From the IMG/VR virus record IMGVR_UViG_3300025653_003319: a DNA stretch of 20,000 nt; one strand, written 5' to 3'. The translations under genes were made by a program, and so were the position numbers. Source of the DNA: an uncultured virus (IMG/VR IMGVR_UViG_3300025653_003319) (lineage: Duplodnaviria; Heunggongvirae; Uroviricota; Caudoviricetes). How positions within the stretch are numbered: the stretch's first letter is position 1; each line of letters begins with the position of its first letter. The notes under the pieces were generated by a model, which was not told the DNA's origin, did no database searches, and saw only the letters and a program-made list of their open reading frames with translations. Of this stretch, positions 8,969 through 16,145 are shown in pieces.

Positions 8969-9708
8969 TAAATAAATCCTATATTTCCGCCTTTTTTCAT
9001 TTGATCAAGGTCAAATAATCTTCGCTGTCTTCTAGGCGAGTATTGCACCATTAGTGTAATTGTCATTTGTAAGTCTGTTGGTACATAAGTTACTCCTGCG
9101 GCTTCTCCGGCATTATTTTCTGTAGTCCCATCTGTAGTTGTTTGTGTTTTAAATGCACTAACAAATTTTCCGTTAGTTTTTATAATATTATGTTGTACTG
9201 GTATGTAGTCTACATTATTTTCCATAATAAAGTTGACGTCATTAATAACAACTGGTACTCTGTCGTATCCATGGGGGCCTAAATAACTAAATTCTAAAAC
9301 AGGCGGCGGTGCACCAAATTTATTAGATGATACTGCCGCTTCACCAAAGTTTGCTTTAGTTGTAACTTTTAAAAAGTGCATTATTGCTAGTAAATATCGT
9401 GCTTCTTCTTGTGTAGTCACTGAATACTGCACCTGTAATGGTATTGTAGGAGGCGAACTCATCATATAAGTATGTAACGGATAATTTGTGCCTTGAAATT
9501 GCTGTGTATCATACGTTGCACTAAAGGCTATAAAAATACTTGGCTGGTAGTGAAACATAATGCCGCGGTCAGGCTTGAGAGGACTCAATATATCAGTCTT
9601 TACTAGGCTATCTGGAAAGAATGAATCTTTATTGGCTCGCATAACCTGTAGTCGTGCTCTCCAGTCAATGTCTAGATTACTATTTCTTCCTAAATCTGTA
9701 TTTGCCAT
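8968..9708 (-). CDS. Tail tube initiator / baseplate-tube junction protein (gp48/gp54/gp19-fold-like)
   Basis: FHYQPSI, GAPPPVLEFSYLG...VPVVINDVNF...VDY and VPT...ITLMVQYSP motifs; first gene of the baseplate operon; RBS AGGAG and late-promoter motif upstream. Confidence 0.65.
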   Translation of the reverse strand: MANTDLGRNSNLDIDWRARLQVMRANKDSFFPDSLVKTDILSPLKPDRGIMFHYQPSIFIAFSATYDTQQFQGTNYPLHTYMMSSPPTIPLQVQYSVTTQEEARYLLAIMHFLKVTTKANFGEAAVSSNKFGAPPPVLEFSYLGPHGYDRVPVVINDVNFIMENNVDYIPVQHNIIKTNGKFVSAFKTQTTTDGTTENNAGEAAGVTYVPTDLQMTITLMVQYSPRRQRRLFDLDQMKKGGNIGFI

Positions 9709-9729
9709 TCTTTCTCCTAATGTACTATG

Positions 9730-9738
9730 TATTTATCG
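9730..9738 (-). promoter_or_regulatory. Putative late promoter (CGATAAATA) for the baseplate operon
   Basis: Identical 9-mer to both motifs in the 16978-17092 intergenic region; about 20 nt upstream of the ATG at 9708. Confidence 0.65.
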
Positions 9739-9783
9739 ATATCAATAAACTAGCCGTTATTGGCCAGAATTGGATAATTATAC

Positions 9784-9811
9784 TTGACACTAGAAAAATT
9801 TAATGTATAAT
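9784..9811 (+). promoter_or_regulatory. Sigma70-type early/middle promoter TTGACA-N16-TATAAT
   Basis: Perfect -35 (9784-9789) and -10 (9806-9811) hexamers, followed by AAGGAG (9825-9830) and the gp55 ATG at 9836. Confidence 0.8.
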
Positions 9812-9835
9812 AAAGGTTAATTATAAGGAGACACA

Positions 9836-10684
9836 ATGGTCGCAAAAGTTAAATACTTGAACAACAAAGATTTACTTAAACAAATACATCTCAGTAAGAT
9901 GTCCTTTTGTTGGGTTAAATCACCCCAATACGATTATCCAGACATTATTATTAATTTAGAAGATGAAATTACTGATGCAGTGATACTCGAAGCAAAACAA
10001 AACAAAGCAGGAAAAATGAAAGATATTGCTTATAAAAAAGCAGTTGAAAATTACGACGGACCTGCTAATAAAAAGCCTAGACAAAAAGACTTTTTAGTTG
10101 CTCTAGAGGATATTGCAGACGAAGATGTAGTAGTAAGGCAAATGACTTACGAGCATATTCCATTAGAGCCAGGCAGAAAAAAGAATCCTAGAAACGAAGC
10201 AGAAACAAAAGCAAAAGCAAACTTTCCACCATTTAAGCATTATGGCTTGATAAACGGTACATGGGAAGAGGTTGCTAGGAGTCACTGGAAAGGCGGTCCT
10301 AAGAGTGGTAAGTTTTCTGTTGATCATGGTAGCATTACAAACGAATTAGGTAAGATGTACCTTAAGTTAGTAGATAGATATAGTCAAAGATCTAATTGGA
10401 GAGGCTATACTTATGTTGACGAAATGAGAGGACAGGCATTACTACAACTTGCAATGATTGGATTACAATTCAATGAAGCAAAATCGGATAATCCATTTGC
10501 TTATTATACAGCCGCAATTACAAATAGTTTTACAAGAGTGTTAAACATAGAAAAGAAAAATCAAAACATCAGAGACGACATATTAATCGACTCTGGGCAC
10601 TTACCAAGTTATGGCAGACAGATAGCACACGAAAATGAAATTAAGGCTTTAAGAGAAGCAAAAAATTCAGAATCGGATGCCTAA
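9836..10684 (+). CDS. gp55: T4 gp55-like sigma factor for late transcription
   Basis: YLNNKDLL N-terminus and core ITNELGKMYLKLVDRYSQRSNWRGYTYVDEM...FNEAKSDNPFAYYT...NSFTRVLNIEKKNQNIRD; the 55-47-46 gene order matches T4-like phages. Confidence 0.9.
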   Translation: MVAKVKYLNNKDLLKQIHLSKMSFCWVKSPQYDYPDIIINLEDEITDAVILEAKQNKAGKMKDIAYKKAVENYDGPANKKPRQKDFLVALEDIADEDVVVRQMTYEHIPLEPGRKKNPRNEAETKAKANFPPFKHYGLINGTWEEVARSHWKGGPKSGKFSVDHGSITNELGKMYLKLVDRYSQRSNWRGYTYVDEMRGQALLQLAMIGLQFNEAKSDNPFAYYTAAITNSFTRVLNIEKKNQNIRDDILIDSGHLPSYGRQIAHENEIKALREAKNSESDA

Positions 10685-10686
10685 GT

Positions 10687-11700
10687 ATGACAGACAATTT
10701 ATTTGAAAAAGCAGTTGTCTTTACGGACATACATTACGGACTAAAATCTAATAGTCATCAACACTTAAAAGATTGTAGTAATTTTGTTGACTGGTTTATT
10801 GCTGAGGCAAAAGTCCGCGGTGCTGAAACCTGTTTCTTTTTAGGCGACTGGCATCATCATAGAGCAAGTGTTAATGTAGCAACACTAAATGCTAGTTGGA
10901 GAGACCTTAAGAAACTTAACGAAGCATTTAACAAAGTATACTTTATTACAGGTAATCACGATTTATATTACAGAGATAAACGTGAATTAAACAGCATGGA
11001 GTTTGCTAGAGACTTAAACAACTTTGTAATGATAGACGAGTTGTTTGAAGAAGGCAATGTTGGTATTGTACCTTGGTTAGTAGAAAACGAATACAAGAGA
11101 GTTGCTAAAATGCAATGCAAGTATATGTTTGGTCATTTTGAATTACCGTTCTTTAAAATGAATGCAATGATAGAGATGCCAGACCACGGTGGCATTAATG
11201 CATCAATGTTGCGTAATCCAGAATATGTGTTTAGTGGACACTTTCATAAAAGACAATATGACGAAAACATTCATTATATAGGTAATGCATTTCCACACAA
11301 TTACGCAGACGCACAAGACAATGATAGAGGTTACATGTATCTTGAATGGGGCAAGGAACCAGTATATGTAAACTGGCCTGAGTGTCCTAAGTATGTTACA
11401 TGCGGACTTGTTGAATTAATTGATGATCCTGCAAAATACTTAGATGCATATACTTATGCAAGAATCAAATTAGATGTTGATATCAGTTATGAAGAAGCAA
11501 CATTCATAAAAGAAAACTTTATGGAAAAATACAAGTGTAGAGAAATACAACTTGTACCTATTAAAGAAGTTGAAGAAGAATACGAAGCCGGCGAAATATC
11601 ATTTGAAAGTGTTGAACAAATTGTTATAAGCCAATTACAAACCATAGAAAGTAATACAATTAACACAGAAAAGTTAATTGACATTTACCAAAATTTATAA
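10687..11700 (+). CDS. gp47: Recombination endonuclease subunit (T4 gp47, Mre11/SbcD-like metallophosphoesterase)
   Basis: Phosphoesterase motifs DIHYG, GDWHH, GNHD, GHFE and SGHFH. Confidence 0.93.
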   Translation: MTDNLFEKAVVFTDIHYGLKSNSHQHLKDCSNFVDWFIAEAKVRGAETCFFLGDWHHHRASVNVATLNASWRDLKKLNEAFNKVYFITGNHDLYYRDKRELNSMEFARDLNNFVMIDELFEEGNVGIVPWLVENEYKRVAKMQCKYMFGHFELPFFKMNAMIEMPDHGGINASMLRNPEYVFSGHFHKRQYDENIHYIGNAFPHNYADAQDNDRGYMYLEWGKEPVYVNWPECPKYVTCGLVELIDDPAKYLDAYTYARIKLDVDISYEEATFIKENFMEKYKCREIQLVPIKEVEEEYEAGEISFESVEQIVISQLQTIESNTINTEKLIDIYQNL

Positions 11701-11703
11701 TAT

Positions 11704-13473
11704 ATGCTTAAATTAAAAAACATCAGTGTAAAGAATTTCATGAGTGTTGGAAACAACGTTCAAGGTGTGCGGTTTGACGACAAGAACTTAACACTAGTAC
11801 TAGGTAACAATCTAGACCTAGGTGGTGACGGTAGTAGAAATGGCACAGGTAAGACTACTATTATTAATGCACTCAGTTACGCATTATATGGTGAAGCACT
11901 TACTAACATTCGTCGCGATAACTTAATTAACAAAACAAATGCCAAGGGCATGATAGTTAGTGTAGACTTTGAACTTAACGGTGTTGAATATCGTATAGAA
12001 AGAGGCAGACGTCCTAATATATTACGTTTCTTTGTTAACGGTACTGAGTCAGGTGATCAAGAGCAACAAGGCGACAGCAGAGAAACACAAAAACACATTG
12101 AAAAAATAATTGGCTTTACTCACGAAATGTTTAAGCATATTGTTGCACTAAACACATACACTGAACCTTTCTTAGGCATGAAAAATAACGATCAGAGAGA
12201 CATGATTGAGCAACTACTTGGTATACAGGAGTTGTCAGAAAAAGCAGAAACACTCAAAGAAAGAATGAAGGATACTAGAGACAGTATCAAGGAAGAGGAA
12301 ATTCGAATCAATGCTGTCAAAGATGGCAATGCTAGAATGGAAAAGAATATCAAAGAAATCGAAAGCCGCAGTATGGCCTGGGAAGCCAATAAGAAATCTA
12401 AACTATCTGAAATGGCTGATGCTCTAGAAGAAGTCAACGAACTAGATGTAGACGAAGAAATTGCAAAGCATAATGCATTAGTTGAAATAAAAGATCACGA
12501 AGCAAATTTAAATGTATTAGTAAGTAATATCACTAACACAGAAACCAGTATTAAAAGAAGTAATACTAAACTGCAAACACTAGAAGCAAATTTGGCTAAA
12601 GCAAAAGAAGGTACATGCCCTGCTTGTGGACAAGATACAGCACATTTAGACACACATGAAGAATATACGGCCGATTTAAACACCGAAATAACAGAGGAAA
12701 GGACATATAACAACACCCTAATCACTAAAGAAAAAGAGTTAAAAACAGGCGTAGAAATGCTAGGACCTGTTCAAGAACGCCCTAAAACCTTCTATAGAAC
12801 ACTAGAAGAGGCCCTTACTCATAGAAATAATGTAGATAACTTAATACAAAGTATTGAAGACAAGAACAACGAAGAAAATCCTTACATAGAACAAATAGAA
12901 TCTATGAAACAAACTGGTATACAAGAAGTCAGTTGGGATATTATAAATGAACTCACAGCATTAAAAGATCACCAAGAGTTCTTGTATAAACTGCTAACAA
13001 GCAAAGACAGTTTTATCCGTAGACGTATTATTGATCAAAACATTGCTTACTTGAATCACAGACTGGCACACTACTTAAATGCTATTGGTTTGCCACATGA
13101 TGTTAAATTTAACAGTGACCTAAGTGTAGAGATCACAGAGTATGGCAGAGACTTAGACTTTGATAATTTAAGTAGAGGTGAACGTAACAGACTAATACTG
13201 AGTTTGAGTTGGGCATTCAGAGACATATATGAAAGTCTTAATCACCCAATGAACTTTTTATGCATTGACGAACTTATTGACAGTGGTTTAGACGGTGTTG
13301 GTGTAGAGAATGCATTGGGCATACTCAAGAAAATGAGCAGAGAACAAAACAAAAATATCATGCTTATATCACACAGAGAAGAACTCAGTGGTAGAGTAAA
13401 TGATGTATTATATGTAATCAAAGAAGGCGGCTTCACTAGTTACAACACTGATACGGAATATGTGGAAAGTTAG
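11704..13473 (+). CDS. gp46: Recombination ATPase subunit (T4 gp46, Rad50/SbcC-like)
   Basis: Walker A NGTGKTT, coiled coil with zinc hook CPACG, signature LSRGE, Walker B/D-loop IDELIDSGLD, H-loop ISH. Confidence 0.95.
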   Translation: MLKLKNISVKNFMSVGNNVQGVRFDDKNLTLVLGNNLDLGGDGSRNGTGKTTIINALSYALYGEALTNIRRDNLINKTNAKGMIVSVDFELNGVEYRIERGRRPNILRFFVNGTESGDQEQQGDSRETQKHIEKIIGFTHEMFKHIVALNTYTEPFLGMKNNDQRDMIEQLLGIQELSEKAETLKERMKDTRDSIKEEEIRINAVKDGNARMEKNIKEIESRSMAWEANKKSKLSEMADALEEVNELDVDEEIAKHNALVEIKDHEANLNVLVSNITNTETSIKRSNTKLQTLEANLAKAKEGTCPACGQDTAHLDTHEEYTADLNTEITEERTYNNTLITKEKELKTGVEMLGPVQERPKTFYRTLEEALTHRNNVDNLIQSIEDKNNEENPYIEQIESMKQTGIQEVSWDIINELTALKDHQEFLYKLLTSKDSFIRRRIIDQNIAYLNHRLAHYLNAIGLPHDVKFNSDLSVEITEYGRDLDFDNLSRGERNRLILSLSWAFRDIYESLNHPMNFLCIDELIDSGLDGVGVENALGILKKMSREQNKNIMLISHREELSGRVNDVLYVIKEGGFTSYNTDTEYVES

Positions 13474-13917
13474 GTGAGCAACTGGACATACAACGGAAAG
13501 GCAGTAGACAACTTACCCGAAGATTGCGAAGCATTCGTGTATCTAATTACTAACAACACAAATAACAAAAAGTATGTAGGTAAGAAACTAGCAAAGTTTA
13601 AAACTACTAAACCACCACTCAAAGGCAAAAAGAATAAACGCCGTGGTTTCAAAGAAAGCGATTGGCAAACTTATTGGGGCAGTTCAGACAATCTAAAAGA
13701 AGACGTAGAAGCACTAGGTGAAGATAAATTTACCAGAGAGATTTTATACTTTTGTCCTAGCAGAGGCGTTGCTAGTTATATAGAAGCAAGAGAACAATTT
13801 GAAAGAAAAGTGTTATTGCGTGATGACTACTACAATGGTATTATCAACGTTCGAGTAGGTGGTTCAAAAATCTTACGTGAAGGCGTTAAAGATTCACTCC
13901 ATAATCCAGATACATAA
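13474..13917 (+). CDS. GIY-YIG family nuclease-like protein (stand-alone, T4-like phage type)
   Basis: AFVYLITN...KKYVGKK (GIY-YIG variant), YWGSS, REIL, conserved E (YIEAREQF) and YYNG; GTG start directly after the gp46 TAG. Confidence 0.8.
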   Translation: MSNWTYNGKAVDNLPEDCEAFVYLITNNTNNKKYVGKKLAKFKTTKPPLKGKKNKRRGFKESDWQTYWGSSDNLKEDVEALGEDKFTREILYFCPSRGVASYIEAREQFERKVLLRDDYYNGIINVRVGGSKILREGVKDSLHNPDT

Positions 13918-14391
13918 ACTCCATCTAGTACCAGAAATAACTTTGCTTACTTCATGTTCTGTATCACCTGGAAAAACTATTCCGTCCCCTGCTTTTAGTT
14001 CTACAGGCTTATCCTCAATATAAAATATCCCGCCTTCAAACTCGTCATTGAGGGGAATACATATAGAGTACTTTGATAGATCTTTGTGTTTAGTACAAGT
14101 GTCATTTTTGTTATAATAATTAGCATAGAAAACATTATGATTTGTTATTATGTATGGTTCTGAATCTATACTTACTGGCATGATCAAACTGCTAACATAC
14201 TCTGCTAACTCCTGTGTTAATCGTAACCGGTGCGTATTAAATGTTTTATGTGTGTTATTCCAGTTGGTGTCAGTCCAGTAACCAGGTACCATTGTAAGAC
14301 CCCCAGGGTTGGGAGATTCGTCTGGTAATTTGTTTATTATTTCAGAACACTGATCTTTAGTCAAAATGCCGGTGATCGTAAAATGCTCCAT
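13894..14391 (-). CDS. 2OG-Fe(II) oxygenase (prolyl 4-hydroxylase-like)
   Basis: HxD (HKD), SICIPLNDEFEGG, GDGIVFP, distal H (EHEVSKV) and GTRWSL with the 2OG-binding Arg. Confidence 0.88.
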   Translation of the reverse strand: MEHFTITGILTKDQCSEIINKLPDESPNPGGLTMVPGYWTDTNWNNTHKTFNTHRLRLTQELAEYVSSLIMPVSIDSEPYIITNHNVFYANYYNKNDTCTKHKDLSKYSICIPLNDEFEGGIFYIEDKPVELKAGDGIVFPGDTEHEVSKVISGTRWSLCIWIME

Positions 14392-14396
14392 AGCAA

Positions 14397-14404
14397 TATT
14401 TATG
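14397..14404 (-). promoter_or_regulatory. Putative late promoter CATAAATA, 5 nt before the ATG (likely leaderless transcript)
   Basis: Minus strand reads CATAAATA TTGCT ATG; no Shine-Dalgarno. Confidence 0.55.
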
Positions 14405-14459
14405 ACTAGGATTACTCAAAAAATGTTATAAGCAACATCATAAGACGATAACTATTTGC

Positions 14460-14880
14460 TGAAGAACACAAAAAACACGGCACACTCAGACACAAAGTCT
14501 AACTCACATTACGGCACACAAATAGGACTATACACCCGCCCCAACCGAGGCATTGAATATCGGGCTCTTTGACAATCCGGCAATGGAAACACCCGGTGCG
14601 AGATTCTGGAGATGTATAGCGGCAAAGATACAAACACACGACAAACAGTATTAGAAGGATGTAGGCTCTGAGAAAAAGCAACCTACAAATTGATATAACT
14701 AAACTCTACAAGGTTATAACAATTTCCGTGAGATTCGAGACGGTAGTGTATGGGGACAAAAGGCTCACTGGTTCCTAATAGCACCCGAGTTAGAGATGGT
14801 AATGGTTCACTTGATGACACCTGACATTGTTCTCCTTGCATAAGGAGAATTATGGCTCAAGTTACTTGATAACTTCTTTT
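14460..14880 (+). ncRNA. Candidate large structured non-coding RNA of unassigned family (boundaries approximate)
   Basis: No credible ORF and higher GC than flanks. Helices: 14528-14534/14613-14619; CCGG..TG-GAAA-CA..CCGG (14577-14596); TGTAGG/CCTACA (14660-14687); AATTG-TATAAC/GTTATA-CAATT (14688-14724); CCGT/ACGG (14726-14743); TTCTCCTT/AAGGAGAA (14830-14849). A/C-rich unpaired linkers. Confidence 0.6.
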
Positions 14881-14887
14881 AAAAAAA

Positions 14888-14952
14888 TTGCAAACAAAAA
14901 CTGATTGAACGAAGTGAATGAAGTTTGCAGTTGGCAAAGACACGAAGTGTCT
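14888..14952. repeat. Cluster of inverted repeats with GAA-triloop hairpins
   Basis: TGCAAAC/GTTTGCA (14889-14895/14923-14929) enclosing GAACGAAGT-GAATGAAGT, and perfect AGACAC-GAA-GTGTCT (14938-14952). Confidence 0.6.
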
Positions 14953-14965
14953 ATAAACATTAACA

Positions 14966-14973
14966 CATAAATA
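14966..14973 (+). promoter_or_regulatory. Putative late promoter CATAAATA, 5 nt before the ATG (likely leaderless transcript)
   Basis: Reads CATAAATA TTAAC ATG; no Shine-Dalgarno. Confidence 0.55.
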
Positions 14974-14978
14974 TTAAC

Positions 14979-15875
14979 ATGATACCAGTAGAAGATAATT
15001 GGTTACACATAAAACATGAATTTCTTGAAGCATGTGATAACTTAAACAATAACAGTTTCATCGACAACCTCATGACTTTTAGAAACTTAGGATTGTTTAA
15101 ACTTTTATTGGATAAACAACACAACGGTTTATCAGGACATCCACAAGACTTCCTAGAATGTGTATTGGCTATAGCAGAGCATGATGTAACAGTTGCACAT
15201 GAGTTTGCCAAGATAGGCAGTATGTGTTTTCTTGTGCAACAGTTTCCACAACATGTAGCAGAGTCTGTGTATAAGGATTCCCCTGATGAAATCATAGTTA
15301 AAACAAACAGCGAAGCACCTGAGTATGCCGATTGGATAATAAAGCAAGATGATGCTGGATATATGCTGGGCAGGAATGTAAAAAATTTTAAGCCGGAGCA
15401 TACTGTATCTTTCCGCGACCTACTAGACCCACAGCATGATAATTACATACTTAAATTAAGTTGGTTCCAACTGTATAACAGAGTATTAGTGTGCAGTCAC
15501 TTAGGGGGTCTACAACGCATTATAAACGTCGCTATGCAACACAATACACATCAAGGGTTCATTGGTATAGCGGCACAAGAACTCGATGCTATGCGTCTTG
15601 TAATGCACAGAAACATTAACCATGCATTACTGCATTTAAAACACAATGAACAAATACCAATGTTTGATCGTACCAAGTATAAATTACAAGCAAGTGTAGT
15701 TCCTGGTAATGTGATTAATTGTGTTTCAGAGTATTGTTATCTATCCGACGAAATCGAATCTATAGTAGACCAGTTAGAACAACTTGACTTAGAGCATTTG
15801 ATAAACGAGCATGATGATGGTGTTAACCACGTGGAACAATTAAAAGGCAATAACAGTAAAGACTTATTCCTCTGA
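14979..15875 (+). CDS. Acyl-CoA-dehydrogenase-fold flavin-dependent monooxygenase-like protein (HsaA-like), internally shortened
   Basis: LGLFKLLLDKQHNGLSGHPQDFLECVLAIAE, FPQHVAESVY, LKLSWFQLYNR...HLGGLQ and AAQELDAMRLVMHRNI...EQIPMFDRTKYKLQAS resemble the N- and C-terminal helical domains of HsaA-type oxygenases; the middle beta domain appears largely missing. Confidence 0.6.
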   Translation: MIPVEDNWLHIKHEFLEACDNLNNNSFIDNLMTFRNLGLFKLLLDKQHNGLSGHPQDFLECVLAIAEHDVTVAHEFAKIGSMCFLVQQFPQHVAESVYKDSPDEIIVKTNSEAPEYADWIIKQDDAGYMLGRNVKNFKPEHTVSFRDLLDPQHDNYILKLSWFQLYNRVLVCSHLGGLQRIINVAMQHNTHQGFIGIAAQELDAMRLVMHRNINHALLHLKHNEQIPMFDRTKYKLQASVVPGNVINCVSEYCYLSDEIESIVDQLEQLDLEHLINEHDDGVNHVEQLKGNNSKDLFL

Positions 15876-16145
15876 TGGTGATTGAGGTGCAGTATCAGGT
15901 ATCATTTCCTGTTTCATTTCATTATCTTTTTTACCGCCGTTCTTGGCAGTAATATACGAACTAAAAGATTGTAGTACCATAACCTGATCGACTACGCCCA
16001 TATGCCAGGCAGTAGGCCAGTCAATAGCACCTTCAGAATACATTACAAAATCAGCAATGCCCTTTGTGATATCTTCTGCCTGCTGTTCTAGACTTCCTAG
16101 ATAGTCCCTGATTTGCTCAGGGTCTGCCCCACCTAGGAATTTAAG
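15864..16145 (-). CDS. Uncalled -1-frame extension (93 aa) of the gp26-like gene; gp51/tail-chaperone 'T'-like domain
   Basis: Open -1 frame from the slippery site to TAA at 15866-15864: LKFLGGADPEQIRDYLGSLEQQAEDITKGIADFVMYSEGAIDWPTAWHMGVVDQVMVLQSFSSYITAKNGGKKDNEMKQEMIPDTAPQSPSEE. It fills the whole gap, and its first ATG (codon 35) has no obvious RBS. Confidence 0.75.
   Translation of the reverse strand, partial: LKFLGGADPEQIRDYLGSLEQQAEDITKGIADFVMYSEGAIDWPTAWHMGVVDQVMVLQSFSSYITAKNGGKKDNEMKQEMIPDTAPQSPSEE

Noticed and set aside
14477..14519. CRISPR mini-array from the ACGGCACAC repeat
   Set aside because: Only two 9-nt copies and no cas genes in the window.
14499..14681. 60-aa minus-strand ORF within the structured intergenic region
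   Set aside because: No RBS, non-ATG start, atypical Cys-rich composition; the region is better explained by base-paired structure.
14460..14880. tRNA, tmRNA, RNase P RNA, group I/II intron or TPP/cobalamin riboswitch
   Set aside because: No cloverleaf or TTCRA-CCA end, no GAGGAAAGTCC, no group I R/S or group II domain V motifs; CTGAGA lacks the rest of the TPP consensus; no interrupted gene. A covariance-model search is still needed.
13471..16135. Genome-wide stop-codon reassignment (TAG recoding)
   Set aside because: Genes are full length under the standard code; TAG occurs at natural ends, and reading through the gp26-like TAG meets another TAG 11 codons later.
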